64,000 nt of DNA from a bacterium (GCA_034439755.1 JAWXAZ010000140.1:13789-77788); one strand, 5' to 3'. Shown: positions 50,297-61,428, counted from the first letter of the stretch. Program-made: numbers and translations. Notes: generated from the letters alone by a model not told the origin.

Positions 50297-50914
50297 TTAA
50301 TCTATCAAAACGGCTAACTCAATGGGCGCCAAAAAACCAAAAGACTGCAACGATTCTAGAACCTTGGCTTTATCGGTTGAACATACATCAAAGGTAATAC
50401 CTGGCGTGGAGGATTGTATATCTGGAAAAAACTTTAGTTGATTTTGTTTGCAAATTCGAATAATCTCGTGGTGCAAAGTATAATCGCAGGGTTGAAAAGT
50501 TCTATGATACAATTTTTTCTCTACCACCGATGCATGCTCTAAAGCCATACTTGCAGAGGTACCATACGCATAAATCAAACCAGGAACGCCCAATAATTTT
50601 CCGCCAAAATATCTTACAACAGCCATCAACACAAAAGTTAGTTTTTTCTCTTGAAGGGTTCTCAAAATAGGTCGCCCTGCCGTTCCAGAAGGCTCGCGGT
50701 CGTCCGAACTTTTTTCAAATTCTCCATCATAACCTAAAACGTAAGCCCAACAAACATGGGCCGCAGCATGGTGTTCCTTTCTTAACAATTTTAAAATTTC
50801 TCGGGCTTCCTCCTCATCTTTTACTGGAAAAGCAAAAGCTAAAAAACGACTGCCCTTATCCTTGAATTCGCCTTTATATAATTGCCCTAAAGTTAAATAA
50901 GAATCTGGCAGCAT
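50297..50914 (-). CDS. YigZ/IMPACT family protein
   Basis: 205 aa. KGSRFLAFAFPV...HAAAHVCWAYVLG...SDDREPSGTAGRPIL signature. Confidence 0.8.
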   Translation of the reverse strand: MLPDSYLTLGQLYKGEFKDKGSRFLAFAFPVKDEEEAREILKLLRKEHHAAAHVCWAYVLGYDGEFEKSSDDREPSGTAGRPILRTLQEKKLTFVLMAVVRYFGGKLLGVPGLIYAYGTSASMALEHASVVEKKLYHRTFQPCDYTLHHEIIRICKQNQLKFFPDIQSSTPGITFDVCSTDKAKVLESLQSFGFLAPIELAVLID

Positions 50915-51771
50915 TACGAAAATGAAATCAAAAGAATGGCCAAAATTGAAAGCAATAAACCCAACATATTTTTACGCGTTAGGTTTTCTTTAAAGGCCAA
51001 AAAAGCCAACAAAGTGCTACCAGCAACTATGCCTATATTGTTAATTGGAAATATAAAGGTAGACTCGAATCGCGAAAGCGTTTCAACCAAAAAATACATG
51101 CTAAAATAGTTGGGAATGCCTAATAAAACACCCCACAAGACAGACTTCAAATTAAGCTGAATCTTTTTCATCCACACTTGAATGCTTAAAAAAACAAGTC
51201 CAAAGCTCCCTGCAAAAAAGAAAGTAGCAGTAACAATATCTTCGGCGGTAAAGGCAGGCACATAATTAGTTTGGAGATATTTCAACAAGGTATCTATTAA
51301 ACCACTTCCCACAAAAACCACCATAGGCAAGTAAAATAAATGTCCGTTTTTTGCCTTATCTTTTTCATTGTTGCTTATAAAATAGACCGCAATTAAAGAG
51401 CAAATAATTCCCATAGATTTAACCCAACCCATTTGCTCATTATAAAAAAAATAAGCCACTAAAACAGGGATAACAACCGACAATTTGGCCGACACCATGC
51501 TTGCCGACATGCTTATTTTCTGGGCGGTGAGAGCAATAAAATAAAAAATACTAATAAACAGAAATCCGAGGCCAGCAGTTATCCAAATCCACTCGGATTG
51601 CCATACTTGGGCTTGATAAATTTTATGGGAAGAAAAATAGGTTCCCACAAGACAACAAGTTAAATAATTAAAGACAATGGCCAAAAACGTATCTACTTTT
51701 TTGATTTCAAAAATCTTAAAAAAACTAACCGTAATGGTTGAGAAAACAATGCTAAGAATTAAGTAAATCAT
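50914..51771 (-). CDS. DMT/EamA-type integral membrane transporter
   Basis: 285 aa, with about 10 hydrophobic helices in a two-fold repeat layout. There is a 1-nt overlap with yigZ and a 4-nt overlap with ribD. Confidence 0.5.
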   Translation of the reverse strand: MIYLILSIVFSTITVSFFKIFEIKKVDTFLAIVFNYLTCCLVGTYFSSHKIYQAQVWQSEWIWITAGLGFLFISIFYFIALTAQKISMSASMVSAKLSVVIPVLVAYFFYNEQMGWVKSMGIICSLIAVYFISNNEKDKAKNGHLFYLPMVVFVGSGLIDTLLKYLQTNYVPAFTAEDIVTATFFFAGSFGLVFLSIQVWMKKIQLNLKSVLWGVLLGIPNYFSMYFLVETLSRFESTFIFPINNIGIVAGSTLLAFLAFKENLTRKNMLGLLLSILAILLISFS

Positions 51772-52823
51772 AGGTTAAAATATTGCCTCATTTTTACGCC
51801 ATCTATTTCCTCTTGCTCGCCTAAACTACCGCCAATTGTGGGCGCCACAACACCCGTAGAAATATGCTTTGGCGAATAAAAAACAATGGCCTCATCCCAA
51901 AGAAGTTGTTCAACCACTGTATTCAACAATTTTGCGCCACCCTCAATCACCAAACTTTGAACCCGTTCATGATGCAATTTAGCCAACATTTGTGCTAACC
52001 AATCGCTAGAAAAATCCACCTTCAAATAATGCAAATTATCCTTTATTAAATCCTTAGAACCATTCACAATAAAAGTCTTTTGAGGGGCATTAAACACCTT
52101 TAAATCCAAGGGCAATCGCAACTTTTGATCCAATACCACCCTAGCGGGCGCTCTTCCCTCCCAAGCGCGCGCATCCAAAGCCGGATTATCGAGCTCAACC
52201 GTATGCGTTGCCACCATAATGGCATCTTCTTGCGTGCGCCATTTGTGCACCAATTTCTGAACCAAAAATCCCGTAATATGTCGCTCCTTTTCAAATTGCT
52301 CTTTCGACATTTTTGTAGCGTCTGGAGACAAGAATCCATTTAAAGTTTGCGCCCATTTTAAAATAACATAAGGCCTATGTTTTGTATAACTGCAAATAAA
52401 ACGCTTATTTAAAGCCAGGCATTTATCTTCTAAAACACCCACGCTAACCTTTATCCCTGCATTCCTAAGCAATTCAACCCCTTTACCTGCCACCAAAGGA
52501 TTTGGATCGCGCATGCCCACCACTACTTCTGGTATGTTATGCGCTATAATTAAATTGGCACAAGGTGGTGTTTTTCCATAATGAAAACAAGGCTCCAAAT
52601 TCACATATAAAACAGCCTCCTTTAACAAACTTTTATCCTTAACATTTTCAATGGCATTTACCTCTGCATGGGCCATACCAAACTGGTGATGCCAGCCTTC
52701 GCCAATAATTTTTCCATGTGCAACAACAACCGCCCCTACCATTGGATTAGGTGCCACCTTGCCAGAACCCAATCGAGCAAGTTCTAAACACCTTTCCATC
52801 CATACATTTTCTTGAAACATCAA
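51768..52823 (-). CDS. ribD: bifunctional riboflavin biosynthesis deaminase/reductase
   Basis: 351 aa. Deaminase zinc motifs HAEVNAI and PCFHYGKTPPC, and a C-terminal reductase domain. Confidence 0.92.
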   Translation of the reverse strand: MMFQENVWMERCLELARLGSGKVAPNPMVGAVVVAHGKIIGEGWHHQFGMAHAEVNAIENVKDKSLLKEAVLYVNLEPCFHYGKTPPCANLIIAHNIPEVVVGMRDPNPLVAGKGVELLRNAGIKVSVGVLEDKCLALNKRFICSYTKHRPYVILKWAQTLNGFLSPDATKMSKEQFEKERHITGFLVQKLVHKWRTQEDAIMVATHTVELDNPALDARAWEGRAPARVVLDQKLRLPLDLKVFNAPQKTFIVNGSKDLIKDNLHYLKVDFSSDWLAQMLAKLHHERVQSLVIEGGAKLLNTVVEQLLWDEAIVFYSPKHISTGVVAPTIGGSLGEQEEIDGVKMRQYFNL

Positions 52824-52859
52824 AGGCGAATTTAGGAATTCCTACAAGAAATAAAAGGC

Positions 52860-52897
52860 AAAAAAAAACGCCAAATAAAAATTTATCTGGCGTTTTT
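52860..52897 (-). terminator. rho-independent terminator of pruA
   Basis: Stem ACGCCAAATAAA (52868-52879) / TTTATCTGGCGT (52882-52893) with one mismatch. On the minus strand it is followed by a 9-U run (A-run 52860-52868). It begins 4 nt after the pruA stop. Confidence 0.75.
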
Positions 52898-52900
52898 GTA

Positions 52901-54529
52901 TTAAGCTTCCTTCATAAAATCATACGAATATGCAACCGGTGGCACAAACGTTTCTTTGATGGTTCGCATGCTTACCCAACGCATCAAGTTTATCATTGCA
53001 CCCGCTTTATCATTGGTACCACTGGCCCTTGCACCCCCAAAAGGCTGCTGACCAACTACCGCACCCGTAGGCTTATCATTGATATAAAAATTACCCGCTG
53101 CATTTCTCAATTTCCAGGTGGCCAATTCAATTGCGTACCTGTCTTGAGCCAAAATTGCGCCTGTTAAAGCATATTCAGATGTACCATCCAATAAATCTAA
53201 AGTTTCCTCAAACTTATTTTCATCGTACACATAAATGGTTAACACTGGCCCAAATAACTCCTCACACATGGTGGTATATTTTGGGTTGCTGGTAACAATA
53301 ATAGTTGGGTCAATAAACCAGCCTTTCGACTTATCATACGTACCACCCGCAATTATTTCACAACTCGCATCCTTCTTTGCATCATCAATATATTGCGCCA
53401 ATTTATCAAACGATTTTTCATCGATAACCGCATTCACAAAATTCCTAAAATCCTCAACCGGACCAACCCTAAAGCCAGCCATTTCACGCACCAATTTTGC
53501 CTTAACCGCAGGCCACAAATTAGCAGGAACATAAGCCCTAGAAGCGGCAGAACATTTTTGTCCTTGGTATTCAAACGAGCCCCTCAACAAGGCAGTTACC
53601 AATACTTCGGTTTGAGCCGAGGCGTGTGCGATAACGAAATCCTTGCCGCCAGTTTCGCCTACAATTCTAGGATAGGTTTTAAATTTATGAATGTTATTAC
53701 CAATGGTTTTCCAGATACTTTGGAATACCCCCGTAGAACCCGTAAAGTGAATGCCAGCAAAATCTGCGTGGTTAAAAATCACCTCCGCAGCAACTGGTCC
53801 GCTCGGATAAATTAAATTAATTACACCATCTGGCACACCCGCCAATTTAAAAATCTCCATTAACACATTGGCAGAATACACTTGCGTATTGCTTGGCTTC
53901 CAAACCACCACATTGCCCATCATGGCAGCCGAGGTAGGCAAATTACCTGCAATGGCCGTAAAATTAAACGGAGTAAGTGCGTATATAAAACCCTCTAATG
54001 GCCTGTATTCAATTCTATTCCAAATGCCCTTTGCCGATTGCGGCTGTTCAGCGTAAATCTGACTCATGAAAGACACATTGAATCTTAAAAAATCAATGAA
54101 TTCGCATGCACTGTCAATTTCTGCCTGGTAGGCATTTTTGCTCTGACCTAGCATGGTTGCGGCATTCAACTTAGCGCGAAAGGGGCCGGCAATTAAATCT
54201 GCAGCCTTCAAAAATATAGCAGCTCTTTGTTCCCAAATCATGGCTTCCCACTTTGGCTTAGCTTCTAAAGCAGCGTTTATGGCCATGGTAACATGACTGG
54301 CATCACTCACATGAAACTTTCCTAAAACATGTTGATGATCGTGGGGAGGCCTAATATCTACCGTTACCCCACTTTTAATTTCTTTACCTCCAATATACAT
54401 GGGTATGTCTATAGATAAAGACCTTGCTTCTTGAATGGCATCCTTCAATGCTTTTCTTTCGGCGCTACCAGGAGCGTAATTTAATACCGGTTCATTAACC
54501 GGAACAGGAACCTTAAAAAAACCGTTCAT
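52901..54529 (-). CDS. pruA: L-glutamate gamma-semialdehyde (1-pyrroline-5-carboxylate) dehydrogenase
   Basis: Aldehyde dehydrogenase catalytic motifs VGETGGKDF and GQKCSAASR, with length and ends typical of PruA. ATG at 54529 (MNGFFKVP) is preferred over the track start at 54556. Confidence 0.85.
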   Translation of the reverse strand: MNGFFKVPVPVNEPVLNYAPGSAERKALKDAIQEARSLSIDIPMYIGGKEIKSGVTVDIRPPHDHQHVLGKFHVSDASHVTMAINAALEAKPKWEAMIWEQRAAIFLKAADLIAGPFRAKLNAATMLGQSKNAYQAEIDSACEFIDFLRFNVSFMSQIYAEQPQSAKGIWNRIEYRPLEGFIYALTPFNFTAIAGNLPTSAAMMGNVVVWKPSNTQVYSANVLMEIFKLAGVPDGVINLIYPSGPVAAEVIFNHADFAGIHFTGSTGVFQSIWKTIGNNIHKFKTYPRIVGETGGKDFVIAHASAQTEVLVTALLRGSFEYQGQKCSAASRAYVPANLWPAVKAKLVREMAGFRVGPVEDFRNFVNAVIDEKSFDKLAQYIDDAKKDASCEIIAGGTYDKSKGWFIDPTIIVTSNPKYTTMCEELFGPVLTIYVYDENKFEETLDLLDGTSEYALTGAILAQDRYAIELATWKLRNAAGNFYINDKPTGAVVGQQPFGGARASGTNDKAGAMINLMRWVSMRTIKETFVPPVAYSYDFMKEA

Positions 54530-54621
54530 AAATGAGCTTATTTGAATATGGCTCAAATATACAAACTAAATATTGGCTCCCCAATGTATCCTATAAAATC
54601 AAGTAAAATATTGAACGCAAA

Positions 54622-55653
54622 CTATTCTCTAAACACCTGATGTGTATTGCCATTACCACACTGGCCATCAACTTCATCATAGGTAATTTTAGCCAAATCT
54701 CTAATAATATCCTCTTTTGCCTTTAAGTTGGCTCCTTTAGTCATTATACCCAAAATAAATGGCTTTTTATGGTGAAAAACCAGCGCAAAATGATGCAACT
54801 GAATCGACTCTAAATTACTGCTATTGATGCGCTCATCGCGTTTTCCATATTTCTGTGCTACCACCACGTTGCTTGGAATTCCAGCCCTAATTCCTTTATC
54901 GAACTTTGCTTGAGAAAGCAACTTTAGCGCCTTTTCAGACATTTCCTTATTTAAAAAAGAGGCATTATACAATATCCTAAAAATTCCAGCATAGGCCTTT
55001 ACCGTAACAAAGTTTGTATTCTCATTAAATTTTGTTCCTACATGCATATTTAAGTCGTCAATTGTTTTATAAACCATGCTATCCCCAACCAATTGAAGCA
55101 AAAGCAAACTCGCCGCATTATCAGAGTAGCAAATCATTTGAGTAAGCAAATCATCTACCAAATAATATTTACCGTCTTCCTTTTTAAACCCAGCCTCCTC
55201 CTCTATTCCTCCCATCATTTTTGCCGAATAGGTAACACCCAATTTTAACACACCAGGATCAGTTTCTGCCCGCTTTAACAAAGTAATCATTAATGGCACT
55301 TTAAATAAGCTAGCGGGACTAAAAGTTTCACGTTCATTTATACCTGTCCACAATCCATTATTTAGATCTCTAAAATAATAACTTACAAATAAATCTGGAT
55401 GTATTTTTTTTTCCGACTGAATGCGATTTTCAATTTTTGAACGAAAAGAATTTAGCTCGCTATAATCTAATCCCAATTGTTCAAAATAAGGCAAAGTTGG
55501 ATTAATGAGGCTGTTGCTAAAAGGCAAATTTTGTACATTATTTTGAACTTGAATTCCAGCTTTCTTTTTAGGTTGTTTAGGCAAAAAATAACCAACTAAA
55601 AGACCCATAACAAGCAGTAAAAAAGCAAAAATATATTGCGAAATTTTATTCAT
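54622..55653 (-). CDS. membrane-anchored serine hydrolase, class A beta-lactamase-related
   Basis: 343 aa. N-terminal transmembrane helix, SxxK (ASLFK), SDN (YSDNAAS), and the KTG-position variant KYG. Confidence 0.6.
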   Translation of the reverse strand: MNKISQYIFAFLLLVMGLLVGYFLPKQPKKKAGIQVQNNVQNLPFSNSLINPTLPYFEQLGLDYSELNSFRSKIENRIQSEKKIHPDLFVSYYFRDLNNGLWTGINERETFSPASLFKVPLMITLLKRAETDPGVLKLGVTYSAKMMGGIEEEAGFKKEDGKYYLVDDLLTQMICYSDNAASLLLLQLVGDSMVYKTIDDLNMHVGTKFNENTNFVTVKAYAGIFRILYNASFLNKEMSEKALKLLSQAKFDKGIRAGIPSNVVVAQKYGKRDERINSSNLESIQLHHFALVFHHKKPFILGIMTKGANLKAKEDIIRDLAKITYDEVDGQCGNGNTHQVFRE

Positions 55654-55842
55654 TTTAAACTATTAATATCTTCAATTCTATAGGTTTTAAGGCAACTCAG
55701 CAAACAGAATCTAATAATTAATTTTCTTTTAATCAAAATAAATTCAATATAGCATAAAGACTATAATTACATCCTTTAAATTCAAGGCATTAGCCATTTA
55801 TTAATATTTTCTAAATTAATAAATGCTTAAAGAAAAAGGAGG

Positions 55843-56496
55843 CTATAAAGGGTATTTTAAAGATGCAATAACGATATCAACCGGCTCATTTTTTACTGGA
55901 TGTACAAACCTTAATTCGGTTGATTGAAGTGCAATATAATTATCTTCAAAAGGAAAACTTGCTCCATATTTTTTATCCCCTAAAATGGGACAACCCATGG
56001 CCGATAATTGTGCTCTAATTTGATGCTTTCTCCCTGTAAGCAATTCAATTTTTAACAAAGAATGTTTGCCCTTGCTAACGAGCAAACTGTAGTTCAATTG
56101 AGCCTTTTCAGAACCTTTTACTTCCGAGGTAAAAGCCTTGGTAAAGTTTTTATTTTCGTCTCTTCTAAGCCAATGAGTTAACAAGCCACTTTGGGAGGGC
56201 AATTTATTTTCTACCCAAACTTCATATATTTTCTCGACTTTTCTATGTTGAAAAATCTCATTCATGCGCACCAATGACTTGCTTGTTTTGGCAAATAACA
56301 CAATGCCTTCTACAGGCATATCTAACCTATGAATTACGCCTAAAAAAATAGCACCTGGCTTATCGTAGGTTACTTTGATATAAGCCTTCACTTCGTCCTC
56401 TAGCGACAAGGGTTTACCGGGTTCGGGCTGTACAGTTTGACCCGATTTCTTAAATGCAGCAATTAAGTGATTATCCTCAAATAAAATCTCTACCAT
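55843..56496 (-). CDS. RluA-family pseudouridine synthase
   Basis: 217 aa. Catalytic HRLDMPVEGIVLFAKT and GRKHQIR motifs. Confidence 0.82.
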   Translation of the reverse strand: MVEILFEDNHLIAAFKKSGQTVQPEPGKPLSLEDEVKAYIKVTYDKPGAIFLGVIHRLDMPVEGIVLFAKTSKSLVRMNEIFQHRKVEKIYEVWVENKLPSQSGLLTHWLRRDENKNFTKAFTSEVKGSEKAQLNYSLLVSKGKHSLLKIELLTGRKHQIRAQLSAMGCPILGDKKYGASFPFEDNYIALQSTELRFVHPVKNEPVDIVIASLKYPL

Positions 56497-56550
56497 AACA
56501 TAATTATTGGATCAAAAAGAAACCAAAAGGTTTTAAAGATAAACCGCCTC

Positions 56551-57366
56551 TTAATATTGTTCCTTCTGGTTAGGAAAATCAACTGATTTTACATCGGCCA
56601 CATAATGCTCAACCGCCGTTTTAATTTCGTCATATAAATTTAAATATCTGCGCAAGAATTTAGGCGAAAAATCTTTGTTTATGCCCAACATATCATGGCT
56701 TACCAAAACTTGTCCGTCTACATCGGGACCAGCGCCAATGCCTATCACAGGCACTTTAACCATTTGAGAAACCTGCTTAGCCAACTTAGAAGGAATTTTT
56801 TCTAATACAATGGCAAAGCAACCTGCTTCCTCTAAAAGTCGTGCATCGTGCAACAATTTCTGAGCCTCGGCATCTTCCTTTGCCCTTACTTCATAAGTCC
56901 CAAATTTATAAATGCTTTGAGGGGTTAGTCCCAAATGCCCCATCACAGGAATACCGGCAGTTAAAATCCGTTTAATAGATTCAACAACCTCCTCGCCACC
57001 TTCTAATTTTACGGCATGCGCCTCGGCCTCTTTCATAATGCGGATTGATGAAATTAAGGCTTCTTTAGAATTGCCTTGGTATGAACCAAAAGGCAAGTCG
57101 ACCACTACCAATGACCTGTCTACAGCCCTAATAACCGAGGCTGCATGAGAAATCATTTCATCCAAAGTTATTGGCAAAGTGGTTTCGTGACCGTGCATCA
57201 CATTGGATGCCGAATCGCCCACCAATAAAACATCCACTCTAGCGGCATCAAAAATTTTAGCCATGCTATAGTCGTAAGCCGTTAGCATAGAGATTTTTTC
57301 TCCACGCATTTTCATTTCAATAAGGGTATGCGTGGTAACCTTTTTAACTTCTTTGTGAATACTCAT
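56551..57366 (-). CDS. panB: 3-methyl-2-oxobutanoate hydroxymethyltransferase
   Basis: [25 protein letters not shown] and KLEGG motifs. ATG at 57366 is preferred over the track start at 57387. Confidence 0.92.
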   Translation of the reverse strand: MSIHKEVKKVTTHTLIEMKMRGEKISMLTAYDYSMAKIFDAARVDVLLVGDSASNVMHGHETTLPITLDEMISHAASVIRAVDRSLVVVDLPFGSYQGNSKEALISSIRIMKEAEAHAVKLEGGEEVVESIKRILTAGIPVMGHLGLTPQSIYKFGTYEVRAKEDAEAQKLLHDARLLEEAGCFAIVLEKIPSKLAKQVSQMVKVPVIGIGAGPDVDGQVLVSHDMLGINKDFSPKFLRRYLNLYDEIKTAVEHYVADVKSVDFPNQKEQY

Positions 57367-57468
57367 GCAAATAAAATTGAAATTCAAAGGTAGCCATAAA
57401 ACCTAAAATCAAATTCTGTTGACTAAGTATTTTTGAAAGACAAACTTTTTTATCTTAAATTGCACACA

Positions 57469-58431
57469 ATGAAATTATTTAAAACACTATTATTCATTAC
57501 CTTACTTTTACCATTAGGATGCAAAAATGATATAGACATTAATGCGCCCTACAAAGATGTAGCCATTGTATATGGTTTTTTGGATCAAAACGAACCCATA
57601 CAATATATAAGAATCCAAAAATTATATCAAAACTCGAGCACCTCAAACACCAGTGAGGGCGCCAATATTGCCGATTCTTTGTATTTTGATTCATTGGTGG
57701 TAAAGTTGGTTAATATAGTAACGAAGGACACTTTTACCTGTATTAAAGTGGATTCAATTCCTAAAAATTTGGGCTTTTTCTCTTCGGCCAAAAACACCCT
57801 TTATGCCTGTACTTTTCCAAAAAATAATTTAGCAAATGAATTGTTTGAGTTAAGAATTTTTTACCCTAAAAAGAATGCCCTTTTTATTTCAAGAACCAAT
57901 ATAGTTAAAGACGCTGTTATTCCTTTTAGAAAAGTAGTGTTAAAAACAGTTCCAGCCAACCACATCTTTTCTTTTAAATTTACTACCGCCAAAAATGCTG
58001 CTATGTACGACTTAACCATTCGGTATTTTTATAAAGAGATGGATGCAGCCGACAACAGTATTTATGAAATAAAACACATAGATTACTCGGTAGCAAAAGG
58101 CAAATTGTATCCAGCAGAATCGGATCGAACCGAAAATATTGGCAGCAGAACCTACATAGACTACCTTAAATTAAGGATACCCAACGATGTTACTAAAAAG
58201 CGTACAAGCATTGGCATTACCTACATGGCTTATGGCGGATCAGAAGAGTTTCAAACCATGCTCGATTTAAGCAGCCCTAACCTTTCCATAGCCCAAAAGA
58301 ACCCAGAATTTTCTAATATATCTAATGGCTTAGGAATTTTCACAAGCAGAAACTATGTTTCTACGATAATGGAAATTGACCCCTTTACAGTTTCCTTATT
58401 GGGCGATGAATTACCAAACTTTATCGATTAA
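57469..58431 (+). CDS. hypothetical lipoprotein (DUF4249-like?)
   Basis: Lipoprotein signal MKLFKTLLFITLLLPLGC. ATG at 57469. The family assignment is only an impression from the N-terminal pattern. Confidence 0.4.
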   Translation: MKLFKTLLFITLLLPLGCKNDIDINAPYKDVAIVYGFLDQNEPIQYIRIQKLYQNSSTSNTSEGANIADSLYFDSLVVKLVNIVTKDTFTCIKVDSIPKNLGFFSSAKNTLYACTFPKNNLANELFELRIFYPKKNALFISRTNIVKDAVIPFRKVVLKTVPANHIFSFKFTTAKNAAMYDLTIRYFYKEMDAADNSIYEIKHIDYSVAKGKLYPAESDRTENIGSRTYIDYLKLRIPNDVTKKRTSIGITYMAYGGSEEFQTMLDLSSPNLSIAQKNPEFSNISNGLGIFTSRNYVSTIMEIDPFTVSLLGDELPNFID

Positions 58432-58568
58432 ACTGTCATATTTTCTGCCATAGGGGCAGCATTTATTCCTCTATAAAATTAAAATCTGCCAGAAAATGGT
58501 CAAAACTGCCGAGAAAATAGCTTGGCATTTTGCTTGCTATGTTGAGGCAAAGAAAGAAATTTAATTTT

Positions 58569-60467
58569 ATGAGCAAAATAATTGGAATCGACTTAGGAAC
58601 AACCAACTCTTGCGTTTCTGTAATGGAAGGTAATGAGCCTGTTGTTATTGCAAACAGTGAAGGAAGAAGAACAACTCCTTCTATTGTAGCATTTTTAAAA
58701 GATGGTGAACGAAAGATTGGAGACCCTGCAAAAAGACAGGCTGTTACCAACCCTATCAACACCATTTACTCTATTAAACGCTTTATGGGTCACACCTACT
58801 CTGAGATAAGTGATGAAACCACAAAGGTTCCTTACAAAGTTGAAAAGGGCGATAACAATACGCCTCGTGTAAACATTGATGGAAGAATGTACACCCCTCA
58901 AGAAATTTCGGCCATGGTTCTTCAAAAAATGAAGAAAACTGCTGAAGATTATTTGGGAACAGAGGTGAAAGAAGCCGTAATTACGGTACCTGCTTATTTT
59001 AACGATGCACAACGTCAGGCTACCAAAGAAGCGGGCGAGATTGCGGGTTTAACAGTTCGCAGGATTATTAACGAACCTACTGCTGCTGCCCTTGCTTATG
59101 GTATGGACAAAAAAGGAAAAGACATGAAAATTGTGGTTTTCGATTGCGGTGGTGGTACACACGACGTTTCTGTTTTAGAATTAGGTGATGGTGTATTTGA
59201 GGTTAAATCTACCGATGGCGATACGCACTTAGGTGGAGATGATTTTGACAATGCTATCATAGCTTGGATGGCCGATGAATTTAAAGCAGACGAAGGCATT
59301 GATTTGCGTTTAGACCCTATGGCCTTGCAGCGCTTAAAAGAAGCGGCAGAAAAGGCTAAAATCGAGTTATCAAGTTCGGCTCAAACCGAAATTAACTTAC
59401 CCTATGTTACCGCAACCGCTAGCGGCCCTAAGCACTTAGTTAAGACTTTAACGCGTGCAAAATTTGAGCAATTGGTAGATAGCTTAATTAAGCGCACCAT
59501 TGAACCTTGCAAGAGTGCCATGAAAAACGCAGGATTAAGCACCAGCGATATCGACGAAGTTATTTTGGTAGGTGGTTCAACTCGTATTCCAGCAATTCAA
59601 GCTGCGGTTGAGGCATTCTTTGGTAAAGCTCCTTCTAAAGGTGTAAATCCAGATGAGGTTGTTGCAATTGGTGCGGCCATTCAAGGTGGTGTTTTAACTG
59701 GAGAGGTAAAAGATGTTTTGCTTTTGGATGTTACTCCTTTGAGTTTAGGCATTGAAACAATGGGTGGCGTTATGACCAAATTAATTGAGTCGAACACAAC
59801 CATTCCAAGCAAGCGCAGCGAAGTATTTTCAACGGCTTCAGACAACCAGCCTTCGGTAGAGATTCATGTATTGCAAGGCGAGCGTCCAATGGCAAATCAA
59901 AACCGCTCAATTGGTCGTTTCCACCTTAGCGATATTCCACCTGCACAACGCGGAGTTCCTCAAATTGAGGTTACTTTCGACATTGATGCAAATGGTATTT
60001 TGCATGTAAGCGCAAAAGATAAAGGAACGGGCAAAGAGCAAAAAATTAGAATTGAAGCAAGTTCTGGCTTAAGCGATGCAGATATTGAAAGAATGAAGCG
60101 CGAAGCTGAGACCAATGCCGATGAGGATAAAAAAGCCAAGGAAGAGGTTGAGAAAATTAACCAAGCAGATAGCTTAGTTTTTCAAACCGAAAAGCAAGTG
60201 AAGGAATATGGCGATAAAATTCCTGCAGATAAAAAGGAAAAAATTGAATCGGCTTTAACTGATTTGAAAAAAGCCCATGCAGAGAAAAATATTCCAGCAA
60301 TAGACGCTTCAATGGAAGCGCTAAATGCCGCTTGGCAAGAAGCCAGTCAGGATATTTACGCAGCGCAACAAGCTTCTGGCGAACAGCCAGGTGCAGAGCA
60401 AGGCAATGAGCCAGCTCCAGATGCGGGCAACAATGTTCAAGATGTAGAATTCGAAGAGGTAAAGTAA
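58569..60467 (+). CDS. dnaK: molecular chaperone DnaK (Hsp70)
   Basis: [22 protein letters not shown]-equivalent [25 protein letters not shown] at 58569 is preferred over the track start at 58530. Confidence 0.98.
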   Translation: MSKIIGIDLGTTNSCVSVMEGNEPVVIANSEGRRTTPSIVAFLKDGERKIGDPAKRQAVTNPINTIYSIKRFMGHTYSEISDETTKVPYKVEKGDNNTPRVNIDGRMYTPQEISAMVLQKMKKTAEDYLGTEVKEAVITVPAYFNDAQRQATKEAGEIAGLTVRRIINEPTAAALAYGMDKKGKDMKIVVFDCGGGTHDVSVLELGDGVFEVKSTDGDTHLGGDDFDNAIIAWMADEFKADEGIDLRLDPMALQRLKEAAEKAKIELSSSAQTEINLPYVTATASGPKHLVKTLTRAKFEQLVDSLIKRTIEPCKSAMKNAGLSTSDIDEVILVGGSTRIPAIQAAVEAFFGKAPSKGVNPDEVVAIGAAIQGGVLTGEVKDVLLLDVTPLSLGIETMGGVMTKLIESNTTIPSKRSEVFSTASDNQPSVEIHVLQGERPMANQNRSIGRFHLSDIPPAQRGVPQIEVTFDIDANGILHVSAKDKGTGKEQKIRIEASSGLSDADIERMKREAETNADEDKKAKEEVEKINQADSLVFQTEKQVKEYGDKIPADKKEKIESALTDLKKAHAEKNIPAIDASMEALNAAWQEASQDIYAAQQASGEQPGAEQGNEPAPDAGNNVQDVEFEEVK

Positions 60468-60485
60468 TTTCCTAATCTTATATAA

Positions 60486-60523
60486 AACAGCCAATGCAAA
60501 TTTTGTATTGGCTGTTTTCGTTT
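60486..60523 (+). terminator. rho-independent terminator of dnaK
   Basis: Perfect 10-bp stem AACAGCCAAT (60486-60495) / ATTGGCTGTT (60507-60516), followed by TTCGTTT. It begins 19 nt after the dnaK stop. Confidence 0.7.
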
Positions 60524-60544
60524 AATCAGCTTAAGTTTGTTTCA

Positions 60545-61129
60545 ATGAAAGCAAAAATTTTATTGTTCGTATTTTTTTTCGGTCTGAACCAATTAATGGC
60601 GCAGTCAAAAAACAAGCCTCCCTTTTATAAGCAGCCCAATGGCTATGCGTATATCCCTCAAAAGGGAAATATGCCTGGTTTTTATGTAATGAAGGAGCCC
60701 GTTACCAAAACTGCCTTTAATGAATACCTCAATAATTTGTATGTTAAAAATAATTTTATTGAAGTAAATACAAATAAATCGGCCATTACCAACGACCATT
60801 ACCGCGACACAAAATATCTGATACTTTCTAACCCCACTCCAATTGAGTTGTATGCAGCCTACTTATCCTATAAAATGAGCGATTCTATTACCATTGTAAG
60901 GGTTTTTCCTATAAGCGAATCTATGTGGAAACAAATGAAAGCTCCTGCCTATACAAAGAATGCAAGCACTAAAAATCCGTATGGGTTAATCTTCTTTTCT
61001 GAAGTTTACGAATATAAAGTTAATTCTAAAGGAACCTTATTTGCACCCAAAGATAACAACGGCTACGAAAGGGCAACCTTTAGACTTGCTTTATCTTATA
61101 TACCACGACAAACATCCATAAAAAAATGA
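60545..61129 (+). CDS. hypothetical secreted protein (weak SUMF1/FGE-like resemblance)
   Basis: Signal peptide MKAKILLFVFFFGLNQLMAQ. FYVMKEPVTKTAFNEY is reminiscent of FGE-sulfatase domains. ATG at 60545, because the track start at 60494 lies inside the dnaK terminator. Confidence 0.35.
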   Translation: MKAKILLFVFFFGLNQLMAQSKNKPPFYKQPNGYAYIPQKGNMPGFYVMKEPVTKTAFNEYLNNLYVKNNFIEVNTNKSAITNDHYRDTKYLILSNPTPIELYAAYLSYKMSDSITIVRVFPISESMWKQMKAPAYTKNASTKNPYGLIFFSEVYEYKVNSKGTLFAPKDNNGYERATFRLALSYIPRQTSIKK

Positions 61130-61428
61130 TCAAGCACATCGTATTCTGGAAACTTAAAGAACATGCAAATGGCATGTCAAAAGAAGAAAATGCCTTAGCA
61201 ATAAAAGAAAAACTCGAGTCGCTTAAAGGCAAAATTGAGGGCTTAATTCAAATTGAAGTAGGCATAGATTTTCTTGGATCAGCCGAAAGTGCCAACCTTG
61301 CTCTATATAGCGAATTTGAAAGCAAAGAGGCATTAGATTTCTACCAACAACACCCACTCCACAAAGCCGTTATGCCCTTTATTGCCGAAGCCCGCAGCGA
61401 ACGCAGGGTAGTAGATTTTAACTCATAA
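61126..61428 (+). CDS. Dabb (stress-responsive alpha/beta barrel) family protein
   Basis: 100 aa. MIKHIVFWKLKE start, and the HPLH segment (YQQHPLHKAV) typical of Dabb domains. There is a 4-nt overlap with the upstream gene. Confidence 0.75.
   Translation: MIKHIVFWKLKEHANGMSKEENALAIKEKLESLKGKIEGLIQIEVGIDFLGSAESANLALYSEFESKEALDFYQQHPLHKAVMPFIAEARSERRVVDFNS

Noticed and set aside
52824-52900. FMN riboswitch upstream of ribD
   Set aside because: The spacer is only 77 nt and is largely occupied by the pruA terminator hairpin. That is too short for an FMN aptamer, and no conserved aptamer segments were seen.
55793-55826. 11-bp perfect inverted repeat CATTTATTAAT (9-nt loop) ATTAATAAATG downstream of the rluA-family gene, as a terminator
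   Set aside because: The stem is entirely A/T and no U-run follows on the minus strand. It is too weak to call a terminator.
58463-58765. 100-aa minus-strand ORF overlapping the dnaK start, and the dnaK track start at 58530
   Set aside because: The minus ORF is antisense to the highly conserved DnaK N-terminus. The canonical [14 protein letters not shown] start at 58569 makes the upstream extension unnecessary.
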